A stretch of 64,000 nucleotides of DNA, taken from positions 32,032-96,031 of the forward strand of contig JASFHP010000007.1 in the NCBI GenBank assembly GCA_050123155.1. The letters are read 5' to 3'. Positions 55,732 to 64,000 of this stretch are shown piece by piece (the stretch's first letter is position 1; each line of letters begins with the position of its first letter). The notes under the pieces are model-generated. The model was not told where the DNA came from and searched no databases. It was given only the letters and a program-made list of their open reading frames with translations. The DNA is from Candidatus Bathyarchaeota archaeon. GTDB lineage: Archaea > Thermoproteota > Bathyarchaeia > Bathyarchaeales > Bathyarchaeaceae. A program made the translations under genes and the position numbers.

Positions 55732-58700
55732 TTACTTTGTTAGGCATATCGGATTTTTGATGTAGTCTTGGTTTCTGAGTTTCTTTACTCTTATGGACTT
55801 TCTGCATTCTAGGGGGTCTTCGGTTTGGGTAACCTCTATTTCGCCGTCAAAGAGGTTTAGAACTGTTGTTGCTTGATCTGTAGGGTGTTCTTTCGGGTCC
55901 ATAACAGCCAGCAATGTGAAGCCTTTAGATCCGAGATCGGTGATCAGTCCTGAAATCCACTCTCTTGCAGTTTTTGTCCCATACGCTACGAGAACGTCAG
56001 AAAGAATCCCAACACATATTCGTCTCTTGGTTATCGATTGGTCTATAGTTCGGTAAGCTTTAGCCAATGCAATACCGAGGTTTGTCAGATCTGTTGTACT
56101 CCGAAGTTTGTACACATTTGGACGATCAGGAACATCAACCTTAGGTTTGGGGTTGCACAAGAACAGAATGAAGTTTGGTTTAGCTAAAAGATCTTCTAAA
56201 TCACCAGCTTCTTTTGTGATGTAGAAAGTGATATCTTCTTCATCAACTCCAGCCTTCAAGAAATTTTTCATCATCATCTCTCGTTCATCACATGGAGGAC
56301 CAGACAAAACAACAGCGTACTCGTTTGGAATACCACCCAAAAACAGAGAGTCAAGTTCTATTGTTCCAGTAGAAATTCGATCTTCTAGAATGACTTCTTC
56401 AACTCTAATCTCCAAGGTTTTAAGTTGAAGGAATTTGTTTTGCCCCAGCTCATCCAAATATTGAACTTTAGGATTAAGGCTATACTCTCCTTTCTTTGAT
56501 GGCTGAAGAGTCAACTTCACCTCCACCAGCTTCAATGGAGCAAGCTGCTTACCCTTCATATTCAATGTAGTGTCTTCTATTCGGTAAATCTCAGGCTTCT
56601 TAACAACAACAAAATCTGGAGGAACAAAATCATCAACCCGCATAAGTAAGGCAGGTTCTCTTCCAGCATTCACAAACTCAACGGATAAACAGAATGATTC
56701 TCCAACCTTAACTTGCTCAAGAGTAGTGACTAAGTTGGCTTGGACGTTTGCATGCTCAAAGCTTTCCAGACCCACAGACACTTCGCTGGTTGGAGATGGT
56801 GCAGAAAATGAAACAGTGCTCGAAGCAATAGTAGGTGCTTTCATCACTTGACTCAAAGAAACAGCTAATGCTTTTTCCTCTCTAACATTAGCCAAAATCC
56901 CTTGCACCTGAGCTGTTTTCTCAGGTTGCTTAGCCTTCATGAACGACCCTGCAGCGATCTGAAGCAGATTCTCAGCCATCTGATACTGCTTTGCTCGTTT
57001 CTCCTGATTTGCTTCACTTTCAGCTTGATTCATAAACAAATATGCATCAAAAAGACGTTGAGTAGCCTTGGCATATTCGGAGGCTGCTTTATATCCCGCC
57101 TTTGCATAGTGTGTAGAGGCACTCTTCATGAAACTCTTAGCCTTGGCATGTTCCTCTAATTCTAAATTTGCTTGATATCTAGCTCCCGCAGCCAGACCCT
57201 TACAGAAATTGCTATTACCCAATGCCCAAAGACTCGCTTTGCTAGTATAGCAATATTCTTTTGTCTTCTCAAAAAGTTCTGCAGCCTCAAGATATGACTC
57301 AGAAGAAGTTGTCTCTTCTGCATCTGCCATCTTCCCCCATGCTTGGCACAGAATCGCAATGTATTCTGATTCTTTGCGTTCAGCTTCAACATCTATACCT
57401 TCGGTTATCGACGCAATTTTCTGTGCTGCCTCTCCATACCTTCTTGAACTCTGAAGATAATTACCTTCTCTGTCTAAAATTCTAGCTTCTTCCATCAGAA
57501 TTCTAGCTTGACAATACTTTCGTCTAAGATCAGAAGCCTTGAACAGCTTCTGGGTCATTTCTTTTTCGTCAGAAGAACTGATTTCTTCAAGTTTCTGTTT
57601 GAAAGAATCTTCTGCCTTGCAGAACTGTTCATGTGCTTTTTGGAATATTTCTTTGGCTTGTTGAGGATTCTCTTTTCTGCTTAAGCCTTCTGCTTCTTCC
57701 ACATTAGCCCAGGCGAAATAGTTTGGAGCCAGATAACCCCATAGGCCAGATTTCTTGTGAAGTTCTGCAGATTTCTTATAATGTTCTTTGGCTTTATCGT
57801 AATCCTCCATGGAATGGGAGTGTCTTGCTTGTTCTATTTGACTCCAAGCCCGCATATACAAAGAATAGTCATCATAGAATTCTTTGAGTTGTGGGATTTT
57901 TTCAGCTGCAAGTTTGTAGTTTTCGGATGCTAACTGATAGTTGTGTGCGGATTCAAGGCTGTCGCCGAGGCGGTCGTAGACTGTAGCCATTTGCCAGTAT
58001 GCTTCTGCTACTCGACTTCGTGTATTTGCTATAGTGTAGCTTTCGACGGCGCTCTTGTAAACTTCAATGGATTTGCTAAGGACCGTTATGTCCTTGGTTA
58101 AGGTATACAGTTCACTTAATGGTGTACCGAACCTGTAACAGAACGCCCCGTAGAGGGTGCTCATCCATGTTAAGTGATGTAATTGATTATCTTTGGCAAC
58201 AAGCTTGATAGTGTTCTCTATGGGTGCCAAAGAACTGTTGAGCAGTTCAATTTTCTTCTCTTTTTTTTGCTCGGTTTTTGCAAGTTCCGCGTAGATAGAG
58301 ACTTGGTTACTCTGGTTAGAAATACGCTCCAAGTTGATGAAAGGTGTTTCTCGTTCTAGAATTGCGTTCTCTTTCATGCAGTACTCTAAAGACTCTTCTA
58401 ATAATCGCCGCTTTTTGCTATTTTTTGTTTCCACGATGGCTCGAGCAGATAAAGCTTGGTTCAAAGCCTTTATCGCGTTTACGGTACGTCGTTCTATGTG
58501 CCCGTCTGTGTATTTTACGCCTTCACGTCCCACTTCAACAGCTTTATCAAGAATTTCTCTCGCTGATCTGCTGTCAGTTGCATTCTGCGCCAATATTGTT
58601 AGACATACAACAATATGTTTGTAATTCTGAAACATGGGACCTCCATAGAAAGCAATTGTGTGGTAATGGTCGATTGACTCTTGCGCCAATTTAATAGCTG

Positions 58701-59655
58701 TCTGGAACCCCTCTCTTCTTTTTTCAGGGTCTTCCTCCAGCATATTCAAAGTCATAATCCCCATACCTAATCCACCGATTGCTGAGGCTAAAATGCCGCG
58801 GTCTTTTGTGATTTTGGCGTATTTCAATGCCTTTTTGGAATGTTCTGCTGCAAGTACACTGTTACCTGCAATAAGGGACTGAATCATGGATGCTGTTCCG
58901 TGCGCTCCCCCTTTTATCCCAGAATCTGCAATCTTTTCAGAAAGCATTAACCCTTTTTGCGAATACTCAATGCTTCTTAATTGTGCTTCCTTAATTCTGT
59001 CTTTCATTCCACCAATCCACCATACAGCGACGCTATAGTAGAGTGCAGTAGAGATGTAGGCATGAGCCAGCTCATAATCGTCACCCAAATCGGAAAATAT
59101 CTTGATGGATTTTTCTCCAAGATTCAGTAGCTCATTCATCATCCTCTTGATATCTTGGAAATCCGTCGGAAGCCAAAATCTGATTCCTGCTGAAAGTTGC
59201 AGCAGGTTATTACACGTCTTTCCGATGTTGATTAGGTCCCCGTCTTTCTCGTATTCTTCTAAAGCCTCATTTTCAAGTCTCCACCATTCATCTAACAACT
59301 TGCCCTTCTTTGCCCTGTCCCTTTCAAGCCTTGCGCTTACGTAAGCAACCAAAGCTTTTGCATGACTGATTTTTGCGCGATTTCCATTTTTTTCTACGCT
59401 CTGAAGAAGCTCAGCGCCTCTTTTGTAGGCTTTGACAGCCAACTCCATTCTATCTCTAAAGATATCATTTGTATCAGCTTGCATTGCGGCTTTGAAAAAG
59501 CAAAATCCTATCCGCTCCCGAAGTTCAGCAGCTTTCATAAAATCTTCTGATACTAAACTGGATGCTTGCTCGTAGAAGTCTACGGCATCAAGCCAGTCAT
59601 ACTTCTTCTCCAGTTCTTTTGCTTTCTCTAAAAGAGGCTCCAATTTTTTTGGCAA
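55732..59655 (-). CDS. 1307-aa TPR-like solenoid + Ig-like domain + degenerate KaiC/RAD55-like domain
   Basis: Helical A/Y-rich repeats; beta-sandwich segment; RISTG..LD....GGIP...VLSGPPCDERE with altered Walker A. Confidence 0.75.
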   Translation of the reverse strand: MPKKLEPLLEKAKELEKKYDWLDAVDFYEQASSLVSEDFMKAAELRERIGFCFFKAAMQADTNDIFRDRMELAVKAYKRGAELLQSVEKNGNRAKISHAKALVAYVSARLERDRAKKGKLLDEWWRLENEALEEYEKDGDLINIGKTCNNLLQLSAGIRFWLPTDFQDIKRMMNELLNLGEKSIKIFSDLGDDYELAHAYISTALYYSVAVWWIGGMKDRIKEAQLRSIEYSQKGLMLSEKIADSGIKGGAHGTASMIQSLIAGNSVLAAEHSKKALKYAKITKDRGILASAIGGLGMGIMTLNMLEEDPEKRREGFQTAIKLAQESIDHYHTIAFYGGPMFQNYKHIVVCLTILAQNATDSRSAREILDKAVEVGREGVKYTDGHIERRTVNAIKALNQALSARAIVETKNSKKRRLLEESLEYCMKENAILERETPFINLERISNQSNQVSIYAELAKTEQKKEKKIELLNSSLAPIENTIKLVAKDNQLHHLTWMSTLYGAFCYRFGTPLSELYTLTKDITVLSKSIEVYKSAVESYTIANTRSRVAEAYWQMATVYDRLGDSLESAHNYQLASENYKLAAEKIPQLKEFYDDYSLYMRAWSQIEQARHSHSMEDYDKAKEHYKKSAELHKKSGLWGYLAPNYFAWANVEEAEGLSRKENPQQAKEIFQKAHEQFCKAEDSFKQKLEEISSSDEKEMTQKLFKASDLRRKYCQARILMEEARILDREGNYLQSSRRYGEAAQKIASITEGIDVEAERKESEYIAILCQAWGKMADAEETTSSESYLEAAELFEKTKEYCYTSKASLWALGNSNFCKGLAAGARYQANLELEEHAKAKSFMKSASTHYAKAGYKAASEYAKATQRLFDAYLFMNQAESEANQEKRAKQYQMAENLLQIAAGSFMKAKQPEKTAQVQGILANVREEKALAVSLSQVMKAPTIASSTVSFSAPSPTSEVSVGLESFEHANVQANLVTTLEQVKVGESFCLSVEFVNAGREPALLMRVDDFVPPDFVVVKKPEIYRIEDTTLNMKGKQLAPLKLVEVKLTLQPSKKGEYSLNPKVQYLDELGQNKFLQLKTLEIRVEEVILEDRISTGTIELDSLFLGGIPNEYAVVLSGPPCDEREMMMKNFLKAGVDEEDITFYITKEAGDLEDLLAKPNFILFLCNPKPKVDVPDRPNVYKLRSTTDLTNLGIALAKAYRTIDQSITKRRICVGILSDVLVAYGTKTAREWISGLITDLGSKGFTLLAVMDPKEHPTDQATTVLNLFDGEIEVTQTEDPLECRKSIRVKKLRNQDYIKNPICLTK

Positions 59656-59749
59656 ATTTACCTTCTCACAATGATTATCCTATGATGCATTGAAATAGCT
59701 TTGTATTTCAAACATTCGGAGAAACTGTTTTATCTTCTAGTGAACGATA

Positions 59750-61078
59750 ATGATTCAGTATGAGGGATTTAATTTGCCAAATTCCAGAGCATTAACAAAG
59801 ATTCAGTCAATAATTCTGATTGCCATAATTGTTGTTGCTGCAGTAGGTGGAGGAGCAGCATATGTTCTGTTGAGCGAAGAAGGGCAATCTTCTGAAATCA
59901 TAAAGGTTGGTGTCCTTGTGGATATGGATGGATTATATGGAAAGCTGATTTGGCAGGCTACAGTACTGGCTGCTGAACAGATGAACGTTGAAGGTGGTAT
60001 AATGGGGAAGCAAATTGAAGTAATTGGTGAGGATAGCGACGTTGAAAGCGGCTCGGATCCAGTAATAATCAATGCAGCCCTAACTAAACTGTTGACTATT
60101 CACAATGTTGACTTCGTTGTTGGAATGGCAGCAAACCAAGGATTCATGATTCAAGAATTAATTGCTCAACACAAGAAAATCTTCTTTGATATTGGCACAA
60201 CTGAGGATGCATATACTCAAAGAGTGCTAGATGATTATGACCAGTACAAGTATTATTTCAGAGTTACCTCCAACGCAAGCTCAACATATCAGGGATGGAA
60301 AAAAGGTTTATTGCACATGAAGGAATTGACCGGCTTAAACAAAGTTGGTTATCTGGCAGAAGATATTGGTTTTACCAAAGGAATTGCAGCAGTTTTGGAT
60401 GTTGTTGTGCCTGAGTTAGGTTTTGATCTAGTCTATAAAGAAACCAGTCCACTTAATGTAGTTGACTTCTCGAGTTACTTTGCGGCTGCTGAGGCGGCAG
60501 GAGTAGAAGTAATGGTTCCTCTGATTCTCTTCCAAGGAATCCCATTTGTAAAAGAATATCATGATCGGCAATCTCCTATGATTATTTATGGTGGATCTCT
60601 TGGTTCTTCAGTAGCAGGTTCAGAAGGTTGGGTTAACACAGATGGAAAATGTGAATACATTAATGTTGCCTCATATGCAATAGATGCAGCCTATCCTTTG
60701 ACCAGCAAAACATTACCATTCAGGGAAGCATACATAGAACGATGGAGTGAAATTCCGCTTTCAACTGCAGCTTTTGGATATGATATTTTGCGTTTCATAT
60801 TATATGATGCCATTGAAAGGGCTGGAACTCTTGAAGTTGATGCAGTTATAGATGCATTAGAAACTACCAGTGTAGAAACCATAAATAGTAAGAATTTTGT
60901 TTTCACCCCATCTCATGATCGGATGATTGGAAAAATTGATGACCCCGATTATGAACATGGTCCAGGTCTAGGATTTCAATGGCAAAATGGCGAACTGGTT
61001 CCTATGCACCCAAAGTGGCTTATGGAGGAAGCAGGTTCATCCTACATTTTTCCTGATTGGCCTGGACCATGGGATTAG
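59750..61078 (+). CDS. Orphan LivJ-like (type 1 periplasmic-binding fold) solute-binding protein with an N-terminal TM anchor
   Basis: IKVGVL, LAAEQMNVEGGIMGKQIEVIGED, YKYYFRV; probable start TTG at 59774. Confidence 0.85.
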   Translation: MIQYEGFNLPNSRALTKIQSIILIAIIVVAAVGGGAAYVLLSEEGQSSEIIKVGVLVDMDGLYGKLIWQATVLAAEQMNVEGGIMGKQIEVIGEDSDVESGSDPVIINAALTKLLTIHNVDFVVGMAANQGFMIQELIAQHKKIFFDIGTTEDAYTQRVLDDYDQYKYYFRVTSNASSTYQGWKKGLLHMKELTGLNKVGYLAEDIGFTKGIAAVLDVVVPELGFDLVYKETSPLNVVDFSSYFAAAEAAGVEVMVPLILFQGIPFVKEYHDRQSPMIIYGGSLGSSVAGSEGWVNTDGKCEYINVASYAIDAAYPLTSKTLPFREAYIERWSEIPLSTAAFGYDILRFILYDAIERAGTLEVDAVIDALETTSVETINSKNFVFTPSHDRMIGKIDDPDYEHGPGLGFQWQNGELVPMHPKWLMEEAGSSYIFPDWPGPWD

Positions 61079-61102
61079 CGTGTGTCAGGGTGCTGATGCT
61101 TG

Positions 61103-64000
61103 TTAGGTTAGGCATATCGGATTTTTTATGTAGTCTTGGCTTCTTAGCTTTTTGACTCGAATTGATTTTTTGCATTCTAGTGGGTCTTCGGTTTGGGTAA
61201 CCTCTATTTCGCCGTCAAAGAGGTTGAGAACGGTTGTTGCTTGATCTGTAGGGTGTTCTTTCGGGTCCATAACAGCCAGCAATGTGAAGCCTTTAGATCC
61301 GAGATCGGTGATCAGTCCTGACATCCACTCTCTTGCAGTTTTTGTCCCATACTCTACGAGAACGTCGGAAAGAATTTCAACACAAACCCGTCTCTTAGCC
61401 ACAGACTTGCCTATGCCTCGATAGGCTTTAGCTAACGCAATACCGAGGTTTGTCAGATCTGTTGTACCCCGAAGTTTGTACACGTTTGGAAAATCAGGAA
61501 CCTGAGCCTTAGGTTTGGGATTACACAAAAACAGAATGAAGTTGCGGTTATCCAACAGATCTTCTAAACCAACAACTTCTTTTGATATGTAGAAAGTGGT
61601 CTCCTCATCTTTGGTTCCAGCTTTCAAGAAATTCTTTACCATCATATCTCTTTCATCACATGGAGGACCAGCCAAAACAACAGCATACTCCTCCGGAATA
61701 CCACCCAACAACAAAGAATCCAGCTCTTCCGTTCCAGTAGAAACACGATCTCCTAGAACGACTTCTTCGACCTTGATCTCAACTGACTTAAGTTCAAGAG
61801 ACCTGTTTTGTCCAAGCTCATCCAGATAGTGAACTCTAGGCTTCAGTTTGTACTCGCCTTTCTTTGAAGGTTGAAGAGTCAACTTCACTTCCACCAACTT
61901 TAAGGGCGCTAGTTGTTTTCCCTTCATATTAAGACAAGTTTCTTCTATTCGGTAGATTTCAGGCTTCTTTACTACCACAAAATCTGATGGAATGAAATCT
62001 TCAACTCTGGTTAATAGTGCAGGTTCTTTGCCGGCATTAACAAACTCTACTGACAAACAGAAAGATTGCCCAACCTTAACTTCCCTAACACTAGCGATCA
62101 AGTTTGCTTGGACATTGGCGTGTTCAAAGCTTTCCAGACCCACTGATGCCTCATTGGTTGGGGCTGGAGCAGTAAATGACGAAGTACTTGAAGTTATTGT
62201 GGGTGCGTGCATAACATCATTCAATGATACAGCAAGCGCTTTCTCTTCTCTAACCGTCTTCAGAACTTGCTGTACTTGAGCCGTCTTCTCAGGCTGCTTA
62301 GCTTTCATGAATGAGCCTGCAGAGATTTGAAGCAGATTTTCAGCCATCTGATACTGCTTAGCCTTTTTGTCAGGGTCAACCTCACTCTCAGCCTGATTCA
62401 TGAAAACATAAGCATCAAAAAGACGTTGCATAGCCTTTGCATGTTCTGAAGCATTCTTGAATCCCGCCTGCAAATAGCTGGAGGCAGCTCTTTTCATGTG
62501 GCGTTTAGCCATGGCATTTTCTTTCAAATCCATGCTGCCTTGATATCTTGTTCCAGCTGCTAAACCCTTACAGAAGCTACTGTTACCCAACGCCCATAGA
62601 CTTGTCTGTTTGGTGAAACAGAAATCATTCGCTTTTTCAAATAGTGCTGCAGCCTCCATATAAGATCCGGAAGAAGTTGTTTCCTCAGCGGTAGCCATCT
62701 TCTCCCAAGCTTGACACAGAATTGAAATATATTCCAGCTCTTTTCGGTCAGTTTCAATATCTATCTTATCAACAATTGCGGTGATTTTCTGTGCCGCTTC
62801 ACCATAATTTTTTGAGCTCTGAAGATACTTGCCTTGCCGGTCCAACAGTTTTGCTTCTTCTAAAAGGATTCTAGCTTGGCAATACTTCCGTCTATGCTCA
62901 GAAGCCATGAGTAGCTTCTGTGTCATTTCTTTTTCGTCTGCTGATGTGATTTTATCCATTTTTTGTTTGATGGATTTTTCTGCGTTGCTGAATTGCTCTA
63001 CTGCTTTTTGGAATGCCTGATTTGCTTGTTGGGTTTTTTCGTTCCTGCTTAAGCTTTCAGCTTCTTCCATATTAGCCCAAGCAAGATAGTTAGGTGTTAG
63101 ATAACTCCAAAAATCGGTTGATTCATGAAGCCTTGCAGCTTTCTCATAGTGCTGTTGAGATTTTTGGTAATCCTCTATTGAATGATGATATCTTGCTTGC
63201 TCTATTTGACTCCAAGCACGCATATAGTTTGCGTAATTGCTATAGAACTCTGATAATTGGGATATCTTTTTTGAACTTAGATCAAATGCTTTAGCTGCCA
63301 ATTCATAGTTTTCAGAGGCTTTTTGGTATTCATCTAGCCTATCATGCAGTTGGGCTAGATGCCAGTGTGACTCAGCTATCTGTGTGGGCATTTCTGCTTT
63401 TTCAAAGTATAGAGATGCTTTTTGGTACGAGTCTATAGCATTGAGAAGTGTATTCTCTTGTTTAGATATCACGTTAATTTGCACTAAGAGACTACCAAGA
63501 AAATCATAAGACATTCCATGAGAATTTAGTAATATTTTGTTACTAAAATGGATTAGAACTTTTTTTCTTAGTTCAATGGACTTCTCTACGGAACAAACTG
63601 CACGCTTTAATATCTCAATTTTTGAATTGCCATCAGTCTCAATCGTAGCCACTTCATTTTGCACTTGAGCCAACTGATAATAACCACGAGCTGCAAAACC
63701 GTATTGAAAAGGAAACATTTCTTTATGTATAACTAAAAAATCTTTCATGTAACACTTAGATTTTTGAAGTAGCTTTCTTTTTTCTTCGATTTCATTTTTA
63801 GTTTTTGAAATTAATTGCAGGGTATCACTCATAAACCATAAAAAGAAAACAGAGAGCATTTTCAAGCCCTGTAATTTTTGCATCCCCTCTTGGTTTAATT
63901 CAGTTGCCAGCTCTAAGAGTTCTTGTTTTATTTTGGGATCGGTTTCAATGGAAGCTAAATTGTTTACTGCATTAGTGTAGTCTCGATAAGCAACCCAAAA
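61103..64000 (-). CDS. Paralog of 55732..59655, 5'-truncated by the window edge
   Basis: Frame stays open from 63883 to 64000; same TPR-Ig-KaiC-like architecture. Confidence 0.8.
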   Translation of the reverse strand, partial: FWVAYRDYTNAVNNLASIETDPKIKQELLELATELNQEGMQKLQGLKMLSVFFLWFMSDTLQLISKTKNEIEEKRKLLQKSKCYMKDFLVIHKEMFPFQYGFAARGYYQLAQVQNEVATIETDGNSKIEILKRAVCSVEKSIELRKKVLIHFSNKILLNSHGMSYDFLGSLLVQINVISKQENTLLNAIDSYQKASLYFEKAEMPTQIAESHWHLAQLHDRLDEYQKASENYELAAKAFDLSSKKISQLSEFYSNYANYMRAWSQIEQARYHHSIEDYQKSQQHYEKAARLHESTDFWSYLTPNYLAWANMEEAESLSRNEKTQQANQAFQKAVEQFSNAEKSIKQKMDKITSADEKEMTQKLLMASEHRRKYCQARILLEEAKLLDRQGKYLQSSKNYGEAAQKITAIVDKIDIETDRKELEYISILCQAWEKMATAEETTSSGSYMEAAALFEKANDFCFTKQTSLWALGNSSFCKGLAAGTRYQGSMDLKENAMAKRHMKRAASSYLQAGFKNASEHAKAMQRLFDAYVFMNQAESEVDPDKKAKQYQMAENLLQISAGSFMKAKQPEKTAQVQQVLKTVREEKALAVSLNDVMHAPTITSSTSSFTAPAPTNEASVGLESFEHANVQANLIASVREVKVGQSFCLSVEFVNAGKEPALLTRVEDFIPSDFVVVKKPEIYRIEETCLNMKGKQLAPLKLVEVKLTLQPSKKGEYKLKPRVHYLDELGQNRSLELKSVEIKVEEVVLGDRVSTGTEELDSLLLGGIPEEYAVVLAGPPCDERDMMVKNFLKAGTKDEETTFYISKEVVGLEDLLDNRNFILFLCNPKPKAQVPDFPNVYKLRGTTDLTNLGIALAKAYRGIGKSVAKRRVCVEILSDVLVEYGTKTAREWMSGLITDLGSKGFTLLAVMDPKEHPTDQATTVLNLFDGEIEVTQTEDPLECKKSIRVKKLRSQDYIKNPICLT

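Noticed and set aside
588-63294. Numerous 60-150 aa ORFs antisense to or nested in long genes
   Set aside because: Fully overlap well-supported CDS and lack motifs; treated as shadow ORFs
61103-63883. 926-aa protein with ATG at 63883 as a complete or N-terminally deleted paralog
   Set aside because: The frame is open to the window edge, so the shorter length is a truncation artefact

Overview
Archaeal chromosomal segment, most consistent with Bathyarchaeia (inference from S25e, thermosome, ABCE1, Cgi121, a Tes/MJ0619-type radical SAM enzyme, and expanded PQQ-propeller and 'IPE' C-terminally anchored surface proteins). It holds about 58 CDS, one tRNA-Glu(CTC), and no CRISPR array, transposase or integrase. 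Housekeeping genes dominate 3-28 kb and 40-43 kb, with accessory blocks between and beyond. The top candidate for an undescribed system is a five-gene cluster at 45.6-54.0 kb: an 893-aa tubulin/FtsZ-superfamily GTPase with a roughly 400-aa helical/coiled-coil insertion, a degenerate tubulin-like pseudo-GTPase, a single-pass surface protein, a polytopic membrane coiled-coil protein and a PH-like protein. Other highlights: a conserved, switch-like structured 5' leader before two tandem PQQ-propeller genes; a 16-bp palindromic operator occurring five times around the 28-40 kb block; a candidate ~120-nt ncRNA at 55.6 kb; tandem TPR-Ig-pseudo-KaiC giants flanking an orphan solute-binding protein; a standalone AT-rich SIR2 gene; and three paralog pairs whose 3' ends are near-identical at DNA level. 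All product calls come from motif recognition by eye; no database searches were run.
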